From an uncultured Chloroflexia bacterium (GTDB lineage: Bacteria; Chloroflexota; Limnocylindria; Limnocylindrales; CSP1-4), in contig CAVVDC010000012.1 in NCBI GenBank assembly GCA_963746855.1, positions 100,230 through 164,229 on the forward strand: a stretch of DNA of 64,000 nucleotides, read 5' to 3'. Position 1 is the first letter of the stretch, and each line of letters opens with the position of its first letter. Of this stretch, positions 1 through 9,195 are shown one piece after another. Below the pieces are notes generated by a model, which saw nothing but the letters and a program-made list of their open reading frames with translations, had not been told where the DNA came from and made no database searches. Made by a program: the position numbers and the translations under genes.

Positions 1-2
1 CG

Positions 3-665
3 TTCCGGATCTTCGCCAACGAGGACGGGATCGTCGAGTGGGGGCAATGGGTGTGCCTGGTCGCGCTCGCCGTCATCTACGCTCGGCTGTCGATCGCCCT
101 CTGGCGCAAGGGCCTGCGGCTGCTGGCGCTGCTGTACGTGGTCGCGACCGTCGTGGTCATCTTCACGGCCGGCGAGGAGATCTCCTGGGGGCAACGGATC
201 TTCGGCTGGATGACGCCCGGTGCGCTCGAGGACATCAACAACCAGGGCGAGACGAACATCCACAACGTGGGCTCGCTGCTCAAGATCTTCAACGTGGTCG
301 TCATGGTCGTGGCGTTCGTGGCGGCACTCCTCCCAGTGGTTCGCTGGACCCTTTGGCGCGATCGCGTCCGCACGCTCTCCGGCTATGGGCTCATCCCGCC
401 GGCGGTCCTCATCCCGGCGTTCGGGATGGAGTTCTCGTATCGCCTGATCCGGTACCTGTTCCTGCCCGCGCCGCGGTACACCCTGACCAAGCTTTCCGAG
501 GTCGCCGAGCTGTCGTTCTACTTCGCCCTGGTCGTCTTCGGCGTGCTCGCCTGGCGGGTCATCGTGAGCGGGTGGCGGCCGCCGTCGCCGGCAAGTGCTG
601 GGGCTGCCGGGCCTGGGACCGCCCAGGCGCCGGCACCGGAACCGCCCGCCGACCCGGCGGCCTAG
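3..665 (+). CDS. integral membrane protein of unknown function (5' end outside window)
   Basis: ORF 51..665 stays open in the same frame back to base 3 (FRIFANEDGIVEWGQW...). Several hydrophobic helices, EEISWGQRIFGW motif, G/C-rich third positions. No family recognised. Confidence 0.6.
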   Translation, partial: FRIFANEDGIVEWGQWVCLVALAVIYARLSIALWRKGLRLLALLYVVATVVVIFTAGEEISWGQRIFGWMTPGALEDINNQGETNIHNVGSLLKIFNVVVMVVAFVAALLPVVRWTLWRDRVRTLSGYGLIPPAVLIPAFGMEFSYRLIRYLFLPAPRYTLTKLSEVAELSFYFALVVFGVLAWRVIVSGWRPPSPASAGAAGPGTAQAPAPEPPADPAA

Positions 666-1550
666 CGGTCGCTCGCGTCGCACTCCGCTGAGCGTTGCGG
701 CCGGCGGCCACTCTCGGCGAGGCGTTCGTCGTAGCGGCGATCCCGCCACGCGAGCGCGGCCTTCAGGCCGTCCCGCTTGACGATCGCGTCCCACTCGCGC
801 TGCTCGGGCGTGTCCGCGGCGTTGATGATGGCCCCGAGGTCCAGGCCGGCCTCGACGGCCATGCGGAAACCCGCCGCATCCATCGCGCGGTTCAGCATCA
901 GCTTGGTCGGGGCCATGACCTCGGGCGGCGTCCTGGCCAGTCGATCGGCCAGGGCGTCGACCTCGGCCGCGAGGCGGTCCGCCGGGACGACCCGGTTGAC
1001 GAGCCCGATCCGCTCCGCCTCCACGCGCATCGATCAGATCGCCGGTCAGGAGCAGCTCGCGGGTCCGCTTCTGGCCGATGAGATACGGCATGAGCAGGGT
1101 CACCGGCGCCGACCCGTAGCGGATCTCCGGCTCGCCGAGCTGCGTGCCCTCGGCCGCCACGATGAGGTCGCAGGCCATCGCGAGCTCGAGGCCGCCGGCC
1201 AGGGCGTAGCCGTGGATCTGGGCGATGATGGGCTTCGGGCAGTCGAGCAGGCGCAGCGTCGCCTCGACGTCGACCGCAAGCGCCCGTCGCCAGCCGACCG
1301 GCCCACCGATACCTCCCTCTGACTCCTCGGTCAGGTCGTAGCCGGCCGAGAACGCCCGCCCGGCGCCTTCGAGGACGATGACTCGCACCTCGGCATCGCC
1401 GGCCGCGCGGTCGACCGCGGCGACGAGGGCCTCGACGAGCGGCCCGGACAGGGCGTTGAGCTTGGCCGGCCGGTTGAGCGTCAACCGGACGCCCCACGGC
1501 GTCGGCGTGGTCAGGACGAGGGCCGCCGAGTCGTCAGGTGGCGCCGACAT
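662..1550 (-). pseudogene. enoyl-CoA hydratase/isomerase (crotonase) family, interrupted by a +1 frameshift near 1021-1036
   Basis: The minus frame from ATG 1550 reads ...LNRPAKLNALSG...GAGRAFSAGYDL...PKPIIAQIHGYALAGGLELAMACDLIVAAEG...LLLTGDLIDA. That frame has no stop down to base 1, so it is absent from the ORF track. The C-terminal half (EAERIGLVNRVVP...) is ORF 662..1030 in another frame. Deleting one G/C at about 1021-1023 restores GDLIDAREAERIGLVNRVVP. Confidence 0.7.
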
Positions 1551-3777
1551 CGGCGTCCTCCTCGAGCACCACCAGCGCATCGACCGCAACGGCCCCCGAC
1601 GGCGTGGCGATGACCGGGTTGAGATCGACCTCGAGGACGTCGGGGCGGTCGGCACCGAGCCGTCCGAGCGCGACCAGCATCTCGGCGACCGCGGCGCGAT
1701 CGATGGCCGGCCGACCACGGACCCCGTCGAGCAACCGACGACCGCGCAGGTCGTCGAGCATCGACATCGCCGCCCGCGGCGTGACGGGTGCGAGCCGGAT
1801 GGCGACGTCGTCGAGGACCTCGGTCAGGACACCACCGAGACCCACCAGGATCGACGGCCCGAAGAGCGGGTCACGGCGGAGCCCGAGGATGAGTTCCACG
1901 CCACGGGACGCCATCGGCTGGACGAGCAGGCCGCGCACGTCGAGGCCGCGCCGCCGCGCCCCGTCGAGCATCGCGAGGGCCGCCATGTAGACCGCGTCGT
2001 CGCCGACGAGGTCGACCGAAACGCCGCCCACCTCGCTCTTGTGGACGACGCCGACGGCGTCGAGCTTGAGCGCGACGGCTCGCCCGAACCGCCGCGCGAC
2101 CGTCACGGCCTCGGAGGCATCGCGGACCGCGAGCGACTCGGTCACCGCGATCCCGGCTTTGCCAAGGAAAGCGAGGCTCTCGCGCTCGGAGAGGGGACGG
2201 GGATGCCCGGCTGGGGGCAGGACGGGCTGGCCGTCCGCGCCGTGGCTCGTCCGATCGGCGGCCAGTGCGGGCCACCCTCCACGCCAGGGTCCGACGGCGC
2301 GCCGAAGATCCCGCCGCGCCTCCCACCTCGCGAGGCTCGCGATCGCGGTGAACGCCTCGATGCCGCCTCGGAGCAGCGGCGCCCCGCCGCCCTTCGTGTC
2401 GAGCAGCTCCTTCGTCTCGGGAGGCGGTTCGCCGGACGTGAGCGACACGTAGACCGGCAGGATCGATGGTCGATCGCGCGTGGCCTCGAGGAGCTGGAAG
2501 GCGACGTCGTTGGCCGTGCCGACCTCCGAAGGGAGCGATCGATACGGGAAGTCGTGGACGATGGCGAGCACGTCGTACGCGCCCGAGGCCGCCATCGCCT
2601 CGAAGCTCGCGCCGTACGCGACCGCCGGCTCGGCGGCGCCCCACGGATCGAGCGGATTGGCGATGTAGCCCATCGTCGGCAGCGCCGCCAGGATCGCGGC
2701 GTGCGCCTCGTCGGGGAGGGGCGGCAGGTCGATGCCGGTCTGTGGCGCCTGGTCGGCGATGAGCGAGGCCTCGCCGGTGGACACGGTCACGACCCCCGTC
2801 CGGCCGCGGCCGACGGCCCGGCCCGTCCGGCGCGTGCCCTCGACCAGTTCAGCCGTTTCCAGGAGCTGGTCGAGATCGGCACACACGATGACACCGGCGG
2901 CGTCGAGGGCCGCGTCGGTGACGCGCGCCTCCCCGGCCAGCGAGCCGGAGTGGGCGATCGCCGCGACCTGCGCCTGCGGGCTCCGGCCGACCTTGACCGC
3001 CATGATCGGCTTGCCGAGCTCGAGGGCGCGATCGGCCAGCGCCAGGAATCGCTCCGGGCGCTTGAAGCCTTCGACGAACAGGATGACCGAGTGCGTCTTG
3101 GGATCGTCGAGGCAGTAGGCAAGGTAATCGCAGACGTCGAGGACGACCTCCGAACCGCAGCTGATGATGCGGCTGAATCCCACGCGTGAGCCGGAGTGGA
3201 CGAACGCGTCGGTCACCGACCCCGACTGCGCGATGCCGGCCACGCCGCCGAGCGGCAGGTACGGCGAGACGTCGCCGATGTAGGTCGCCGAGTTGGCGAC
3301 GAGGTCGATGACGCCCATGCAGTTGGGACCGACGAGCGCCAGGCCATGGTCGCGGGCGATCCGCCCGACCTCGAGTTGCATGGCGGCCGCCGCCTCACCG
3401 CCCTCCACGACCCCACCGCCCGGGATGATGACGGCCGGCACGCCCGCGGCCGCCGCGGCTTCGGTCATCGAGGCCGCCCGGGACGTGCTGACCGCGAGGA
3501 TCGCGATGTCGGGCCGCTCGGGCAGGGCCTCCAGGCTCGGATAGCACGCCTGGCCGTGGAGTTCGTCGTAATTCGGATTCACGAAGTGGCAGCGGGTCTC
3601 GCTGCCCATGACCTTGAGGTTGTCGCGGACCGTCTCGGCGATCCAGCTGCGCGGCGACGCCCCGACGACCGCGACGGACCGTGGGGCGAAGAGGGGCCGG
3701 AGATCGATCGCCCCGGTCGGCCTGGGCGTCGCGGCACGCTTCGGCGTGGCGGCCGCGTTCGACGCCGTCCTCGTCAC
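1534..3777 (-). CDS. ADP-forming acyl-CoA synthetase (acetate--CoA ligase family; CoA-binding + succinyl-CoA-ligase-like + ATP-grasp domains)
   Basis: 747-aa ORF. N-terminus RSVAVVGASPRS...NPNY (CoA-binding Rossmann), GPNCMG, and a C-terminal ATP-grasp-like half. The GTG start overlaps the upstream stop (GTGA at 3774-3777). Confidence 0.8.
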   Translation of the reverse strand: MTRTASNAAATPKRAATPRPTGAIDLRPLFAPRSVAVVGASPRSWIAETVRDNLKVMGSETRCHFVNPNYDELHGQACYPSLEALPERPDIAILAVSTSRAASMTEAAAAAGVPAVIIPGGGVVEGGEAAAAMQLEVGRIARDHGLALVGPNCMGVIDLVANSATYIGDVSPYLPLGGVAGIAQSGSVTDAFVHSGSRVGFSRIISCGSEVVLDVCDYLAYCLDDPKTHSVILFVEGFKRPERFLALADRALELGKPIMAVKVGRSPQAQVAAIAHSGSLAGEARVTDAALDAAGVIVCADLDQLLETAELVEGTRRTGRAVGRGRTGVVTVSTGEASLIADQAPQTGIDLPPLPDEAHAAILAALPTMGYIANPLDPWGAAEPAVAYGASFEAMAASGAYDVLAIVHDFPYRSLPSEVGTANDVAFQLLEATRDRPSILPVYVSLTSGEPPPETKELLDTKGGGAPLLRGGIEAFTAIASLARWEARRDLRRAVGPWRGGWPALAADRTSHGADGQPVLPPAGHPRPLSERESLAFLGKAGIAVTESLAVRDASEAVTVARRFGRAVALKLDAVGVVHKSEVGGVSVDLVGDDAVYMAALAMLDGARRRGLDVRGLLVQPMASRGVELILGLRRDPLFGPSILVGLGGVLTEVLDDVAIRLAPVTPRAAMSMLDDLRGRRLLDGVRGRPAIDRAAVAEMLVALGRLGADRPDVLEVDLNPVIATPSGAVAVDALVVLEEDADVGAT

Positions 3778-4949
3778 CCGACCACCCGGTCAACACCCCG
3801 CTTCTCGAGGGCGCGCGCGACGATGAGCCGCTGGATCTCGGAGGTGCCCTCCCAGATCCGGTCCACGCGAAGCTCCCGGAAGAACCGCTCCGCTGCGAAC
3901 TCCCGCATGTAGCCCCGCCCGCCGAAGACCTGCACGACCCGGTCGGCGCAACGGAACGCCGCCTCCGAGGCGAACAGCTTGGCCAGCGACGCCTTGGCGT
4001 GGACGACCTTCGGGTCCGCGCCGGAGTCCGCGAGCCATGCCGCCTCGCGCGTGAGCAGTCGAGCCGCGGACGCGTCCGCGGCTGAATCGGCCAGCGGGAA
4101 CGAGACGCCCTGGAAGTCGTAGATCCGCTCGCCGAACTGGACCCGTTCAGTCGCCCACTCGACCGCCAGCGACAGGAGCCGCTCCATCGCGCCGGAGCAG
4201 CGCGCCCCGATGTGGATCCGTTCCTCGACGAACCACTCGTTGGTCAGCTCGTCGGCCGCCCCGACACCGCCCAGGATCGCGGCCGGCGGGACGCGCACAT
4301 CCTCGAGCACGAACTGGGGATGCCGGTCGGCGAACGTGTGCATGTAATCCGGATCGTGCGCGAGCCGGACGCCCGGCATGTCGTAGTCCACGAGGAACAG
4401 CGTCGGCAGCAGCCGGTCGCCGTCGACGACGTTGCAGTGGAAGATCATGAAGTCCGTGTCGTCGGGGCCGGTCACGAACCACTTCTCCCCGTTGAGCACG
4501 TAATCGCCGCTGGCGGGATCGCGCACGGCCGTGGCCTGGAGTGTCCGCGCGTCGGAGCCGGCGTCCGCCTCCGTGACGGCGTAGCTGCCCGAGCGCTCGC
4601 CGCGCATGCATGGATCGAGATAGCGGGCTCGCTGCTCGGGGTCACAGTGGATCAGGGCGTTGTACGGCCCCGGGATGTACGACCACAGGCCGCCGGTCCC
4701 CTGCCCCAGCTGTTCGTGGACGAGCACCTGGTCGAGCGCCGACCAGCCCTGCCCGCCGAGCGCCACCGGGAACGAGCCACCATGCAGCCGGGCGTCGATC
4801 GCCGCGCGACGGATCGGTGCGCCCCAGTCGCGGGGAACGTGTCCGCCCGCCTGCTCGAATTCGACCTCGCGGGGCTGGAGCACATCGCGGACGAAGGCCC
4901 GGGCGCGCGCCTGGAGTTCGAGCTGGGCCGGCGACAATGTCAGGTCCAC
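3774..4949 (-). CDS. acyl-CoA dehydrogenase
   Basis: ACAD-like sequence throughout (...YAVTEADAGSD..., ...RVVQVFGGRGYMREFAAERFFRELRVDRIWEGTSEIQRLIVARAL). Start chosen at GTG 4949 (VDLTLSPAQLELQ...). The track's 62-codon extension to 5135 is Arg/Cys-rich and unlike ACAD N-termini. Confidence 0.85.
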   Translation of the reverse strand: MDLTLSPAQLELQARARAFVRDVLQPREVEFEQAGGHVPRDWGAPIRRAAIDARLHGGSFPVALGGQGWSALDQVLVHEQLGQGTGGLWSYIPGPYNALIHCDPEQRARYLDPCMRGERSGSYAVTEADAGSDARTLQATAVRDPASGDYVLNGEKWFVTGPDDTDFMIFHCNVVDGDRLLPTLFLVDYDMPGVRLAHDPDYMHTFADRHPQFVLEDVRVPPAAILGGVGAADELTNEWFVEERIHIGARCSGAMERLLSLAVEWATERVQFGERIYDFQGVSFPLADSAADASAARLLTREAAWLADSGADPKVVHAKASLAKLFASEAAFRCADRVVQVFGGRGYMREFAAERFFRELRVDRIWEGTSEIQRLIVARALEKRGVDRVVG

Positions 4950-5300
4950 CGGGCAAGGATGCGTCACGCCAGTGCGCCACCACCGACACCGTCGCGGGCC
5001 GCGGGACGGCGGACCGCGGACGGCGGGCTGTGCGGGTGGTGCGCCGACGCACCTCGTTCCACAGAGCGGTCCTGCAACCGTCTCGCTCCACAGGCTGCAC
5101 CGGGCCGCAATGCAGAACACGCTCGAACGGTGCAAACTGGCACCTGACGAGGAGACCCGGGGAAGGCCCCCGCCCGCAGCCCCCCAACCGCGGGATCAAG
5201 CTCCGTCGGCATTCCCCTCGTCCGCGCCCCCGCGACGGAGCCCATGGCCATCGTTCGCCGCGCCCCCCAATTCCGCGGCGTCCAGGTAGGAAGGAGCACC

Positions 5301-7301
5301 ATGTCGTCGGTCCGTCACGGCGCCCAGTGGGCGTCCAGCCCCCAGTCGACCCCCTCCCCCGAAACCCCCAGCGACCCCCAGCCCGACCCCCAGCCCGACC
5401 CCTCGCTCGACCCCCGATCCCGTCCCCTTGGGACCCGCCGCCGGTCACGCACACCGACCGCCGCGGCCCTCTCGATCGGTCTCGTCGTCGCCCTCCTCGT
5501 CTCCGTCGCCGCCTGGAGCACCACGGTGTCCGCCGCGGGCGGCTACATCCTGATGCCCCGTTCCGAGCTCCTGGCGCGCCCCGTGAGCGGCACGGCGTGG
5601 TCGAATCTCGTCAAGGTGGCCGACGGAAGCCTCGGGTCTGCGGACGCGTGCGACATCAACTCCGACCATCATCTGCGCACGCTCGCCGCCGCCATGGTGT
5701 TCGCCCGGACCGGCAGTGCGGCCTACGGCACCAAGGCGCGCGCCGGGGTGATGGCCGGCATGGCCAGCCAGAAGGACGGCTGCTCGCAGGCGGTCCTGTC
5801 GCTCGGGCGACAGCTCACCGCATACGTGCTGGCTGCCGACTTCGCCAACCTGTCAGGCGCCGACGACACGAAGTTCCGCGCCTGGTTGAGTGCCATCCGT
5901 ACGAAGAACATCGGCGGCCATTCCACCCGGAACGCCATCACGACGACGCACAAGATCTCCTCGAACAACTGGGGCGCGTACGCCGGTGCATCGCGCATCG
6001 CCGCCGACCTATATCTCGGCGACTCGGCCGATCTCGCGGCGGCCGCCAAGGTGACCCGTGGCTTCCTGGGCGATCGTGCCGCCTACGCCAGCTTCACCGA
6101 CAACCTCCAGTCGGACGACCTGTCGTGGGCCTGCTCCGGGAGCGCGGCGACCTTCACGCCGGTGAACCCGCCCTGCACGAAGAGCGGGATCAACGTCGAT
6201 GGCGGCATCGTCTCGGACATCAGCCGAAGTGGAGCGCTGAAGTGGCCGCCCGGATCGACGGCGGTCCAGTACCAGCTTGACTCGATCCAGGGCGTCGGCC
6301 TCCAGGTCGAACTCCTCTATCGCAACGGTTATGCCAACGCGTGGAGTTGGTCGAGCTCCGCGCTCAAGCGGATGGCCGGCCTGGTCACCCGCTCGGGCAA
6401 TGCCGGTGGCACCGGCTGGAACGCGACGAACACCAGCCGGCAGATGCCCTGGCTGCTGAACAAGCGCTACGGCACCTCGATCCCGACGCAATCGTCGGGC
6501 ATGGGGCGTGGGATCGGGTTCACGGACTGGCTCTACGGGAATGGCGGCGGTGGCAGCGGGTCGGCACCGAAGCCGCCCAAGACCCCCAAGCCGACGCCGA
6601 AGCCCAAGCCGATCCCGGCGCCGCCCGGCGGCGGCAGCGACCCGGTCGTCAACACGCCGAACCTGCGCCTCGCGCAGAAGTCGACGACCCCGATGGCCGG
6701 CGTGCCGGCCCTGGTGTCGTGGAGTCTCGCGGGGAGCCTGAGCGGCCTGCGCCGCTACGACCTCCAGTACCGACGGGACGGCGGCGCCTGGAAGGCGCTG
6801 GCGCTCACGGCGGCCGGAGCCAAGGCCCGTTGGGTAACCCTCAACCGTGGGCACCACTACGAGTTCCGAGTCCGGGCGGTCGACAAGGCCGGTCGAGTCG
6901 GCAAGTGGAAGACCGTCGGGCCTCGCCTCGGGGCGAGCGTGTCCGATGCCTCGGCGCTGATCACCTGGAAGGGCACATGGTCCAGCGTCAAGCTGAAGAC
7001 CTACCTGGGCCGCACGGCCCATTGGACCAAAGCCAAGAACGCGACCGCCACGCTGCGGTTCAAGGGGACCAACGTCGCGTGGGTGGGACCGATAGGCCCG
7101 ACCCGCGGCAAGGCGAACGTCTACCTCGACGGCAAGCTGGTCGCGACGGTCGACCTCAAGTCATCGACGTTCCGGCCCCGCCGGGTCGTCTACGCGGCGA
7201 GCGTCAAGAACGGTACCCACACGCTCGTCATCAAGGCGCTCGGTACGACCGGCCGACGAACGGTCGCCATCGACGCCATCTACGTCGTGGCGCCGAGCTG
7301 A
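5301..7301 (+). CDS. secreted multidomain protein: alginate-lyase-like (polysaccharide lyase superfamily) N-domain, Pro/Lys linker, FN3-like and C-terminal beta-sandwich domains
   Basis: ATG 5301 is preceded by AGGAAGGAG. Contains a TM/signal segment (ALSIGLVVALLVSVAAW), an SSNNWGAYAG motif reminiscent of alginate lyase, a KPPKTPKPTPKPKP linker, and a YDLQYRRDGGAW...YEFRVRAVD FN3-like segment. The functional call is tentative. Confidence 0.7.
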   Translation: MSSVRHGAQWASSPQSTPSPETPSDPQPDPQPDPSLDPRSRPLGTRRRSRTPTAAALSIGLVVALLVSVAAWSTTVSAAGGYILMPRSELLARPVSGTAWSNLVKVADGSLGSADACDINSDHHLRTLAAAMVFARTGSAAYGTKARAGVMAGMASQKDGCSQAVLSLGRQLTAYVLAADFANLSGADDTKFRAWLSAIRTKNIGGHSTRNAITTTHKISSNNWGAYAGASRIAADLYLGDSADLAAAAKVTRGFLGDRAAYASFTDNLQSDDLSWACSGSAATFTPVNPPCTKSGINVDGGIVSDISRSGALKWPPGSTAVQYQLDSIQGVGLQVELLYRNGYANAWSWSSSALKRMAGLVTRSGNAGGTGWNATNTSRQMPWLLNKRYGTSIPTQSSGMGRGIGFTDWLYGNGGGGSGSAPKPPKTPKPTPKPKPIPAPPGGGSDPVVNTPNLRLAQKSTTPMAGVPALVSWSLAGSLSGLRRYDLQYRRDGGAWKALALTAAGAKARWVTLNRGHHYEFRVRAVDKAGRVGKWKTVGPRLGASVSDASALITWKGTWSSVKLKTYLGRTAHWTKAKNATATLRFKGTNVAWVGPIGPTRGKANVYLDGKLVATVDLKSSTFRPRRVVYAASVKNGTHTLVIKALGTTGRRTVAIDAIYVVAPS

Positions 7302-7326
7302 CCCCCTCCGCGCCACATACGGGACC

Positions 7327-7359
7327 CCAGAACGCCCCGGCCCAGCCGGGGCGTTCTGG
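7327..7359 (+). terminator. stem-loop downstream of the secreted-protein gene (14-bp perfect stem)
   Basis: CCAGAACGCCCCGG-cccag-CCGGGGCGTTCTGG lies 26 nt after the stop at 7301. There is no clear U-tract, which is common in GC-rich genomes. Confidence 0.5.
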
Positions 7360-7518
7360 ATTCGGGGCGCGGCGGGCCGGCCCGCGGCGGCGTCAAACGA
7401 TCGTGCACTTGTCAGGTGCAGGATCTCGACGAACCCCTCGTGGTCCGATCCCCAAACGACAGATCTCGCCGCCATCAGGCAGCGACCACGCTCGTCTGTC
7501 CGAGATGTGCACCTCAGT

Positions 7519-7617
7519 GGCGCGGCCCGGCTGTTCCCAGGGCAAGGCGGAGGGGAGCACGTGAGCGAGCGCACTCCGACGTGCGTGAGCGAGCGCGCGC
7601 AGCCGACAACGCCGCCC
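7519..7617 (+). repeat. intergenic repeat, copy A (about 95 nt; a 31-nt core is identical to copy B)
   Basis: GGCAAGGCG..GAGCAC..GAGCGAGCGCACTCCGACGTGCGTGAGCGAG....ACAACGCCGCC aligns with the reverse complement of 41408-41512. It lies between convergent genes. Confidence 0.6.
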
Positions 7618-7637
7618 TGGGGCGGCCCGGCCGCGCC

Positions 7638-9083
7638 TTAGCTGGGCTGGGCGAGGACCATGATGCGGATCTCGGTCATGTCCTCGACGGCCCAGCGCAA
7701 TCCTTCGCGCCCGAGACCCGAGTCCTTGACCCCGCCGTAGGGCATGTGGTCGGTCCGGTACGTCGGCACGTCGTTGACGATCACGCCGCCCACCTCGAGC
7801 TCGCCGAACGCCCGCCATGCACCGGTGAGGTCGTTGGTGAAGACACCCGTCTGCAGCCCGAACATGCTGTCGTTGACCATGGCGATGGCCTCGTCGAGCT
7901 CGCGGAACTTCGTGGCGACGACGAGCGGCGCGAACGCCTCGTTTGAGCAGACCGCGGCGGTCCGCGGCACGTCGGTCAGGATCGTCGGCGGGAAGAAGGT
8001 GCCGTCGGCCTTGCCGCCGGTCAGGACCTTGCCACCGAGCGCCACGGCCTCGTCGATCCAGCGCTGTGTCCGCGAGGCGGCGTGCTCGTCGACCATCGGC
8101 CCGATGTCGGTCGTGGGGTCGAGCGGGTCGCCGACCTTGAGCGTCTTCGCACCCTCCACGAGGCGCGGGATGAACTCGTCCCACACATCCTCATGGACAA
8201 AGGCACGCTGGACGCTGATGCACACCTGTCCGGCATAGGCGAAGGCGCCCACGAGGTTGCGCTTGACGGCCCAGTCGAGGTCGGCGGTCTTGTCGATGAT
8301 CACCCCGGCGTTGCCGCCGAGCTCGAGGACGACCTTCTTCTTGCCGGCTCGCTCCTTCATCCGCCAGCCGACCGACGGACTGCCGGTGAAGGTCAGGAGC
8401 TTGAAGCGCTCGTCGGCCACCATCCGGTCGCCCAGTTCCCGCGTCATCGGCAGGATGCTGACCGCCCCGGTCGGCACCCCGGCCGCCTCGATGATCTCGG
8501 CCACGGCCAGCATCACGAGCGGGTCCTTGGACGGCGGCTTGAGGACGATCGGGTTCCCCGACGCGATCGCCGGGGCCACCTTGTGCGCGGCCAGGTTGAG
8601 CGGGAAGTTGAACGGGCTGATGCCGGCGATCGGGCCGATCGGGAAGCGTCGGGTGATGCCGACCCGGTCCTTCGACGCGGGCGTGATGTCGAGCGGGATG
8701 AGCTCGCCGGTCATCCGCTCGGCCTCCTCGGCGCCGAGACGGAACGTGATGACGGCCCGGTCGACCTCGATGAGCGCGTCGCGGATGGGCTTGCCCGCCT
8801 CGAGGGCGATGAGCCGTCCCAACTCCTCGCGACGACCCTTGATCCCGGCGCTGATCTCGCGAAGGATGCGGCCGCGCTCGTAGGCCGGCAGGTGACGCGT
8901 GACCTCGAAGGCGGCGACCGCCGCCTCGACCGCCTCCTCGTACTGGGCTTCGGTCGCGTTGAACGTCGAGCCGGCCGGCGTGGCAGGATCGGCCGGATTC
9001 GCGACCACGAGCGGATCGGGCGACTCCACCCAGCGCCCGGCGAGGAAGATCGGATGGGGCTTGGCGCCGGCGGCGATGGTCAT
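7638..9083 (-). CDS. NAD(P)+-dependent aldehyde dehydrogenase
   Basis: 481-aa ORF with ALDH hallmarks: FTGSPSVG, VVLELGGNAG (catalytic Glu region), AGQVCISVQRAFV (catalytic Cys), PYGGVKDSGLGREG. Confidence 0.9.
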   Translation of the reverse strand: MTIAAGAKPHPIFLAGRWVESPDPLVVANPADPATPAGSTFNATEAQYEEAVEAAVAAFEVTRHLPAYERGRILREISAGIKGRREELGRLIALEAGKPIRDALIEVDRAVITFRLGAEEAERMTGELIPLDITPASKDRVGITRRFPIGPIAGISPFNFPLNLAAHKVAPAIASGNPIVLKPPSKDPLVMLAVAEIIEAAGVPTGAVSILPMTRELGDRMVADERFKLLTFTGSPSVGWRMKERAGKKKVVLELGGNAGVIIDKTADLDWAVKRNLVGAFAYAGQVCISVQRAFVHEDVWDEFIPRLVEGAKTLKVGDPLDPTTDIGPMVDEHAASRTQRWIDEAVALGGKVLTGGKADGTFFPPTILTDVPRTAAVCSNEAFAPLVVATKFRELDEAIAMVNDSMFGLQTGVFTNDLTGAWRAFGELEVGGVIVNDVPTYRTDHMPYGGVKDSGLGREGLRWAVEDMTEIRIMVLAQPS

Positions 9084-9195
9084 CGGTCGGGTACCTCAGG
9101 TCGGCGAGAGCTGCGTCTGGAGGCGATGGTATCGCCTCGTCGCTGGTGGTCGTCCGAAGGGCCACGCCGGTGACCCGTCGTGCGACGATACGCCG

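Noticed and set aside
1378-3189. 603-aa plus-strand ORF opposite the acyl-CoA synthetase gene
   Set aside because: The composition is Arg/Asp/Gly-rich and low-complexity, typical of shadow frames in very GC-rich DNA. The opposite strand carries clear CoA-binding/ATP-grasp motifs.
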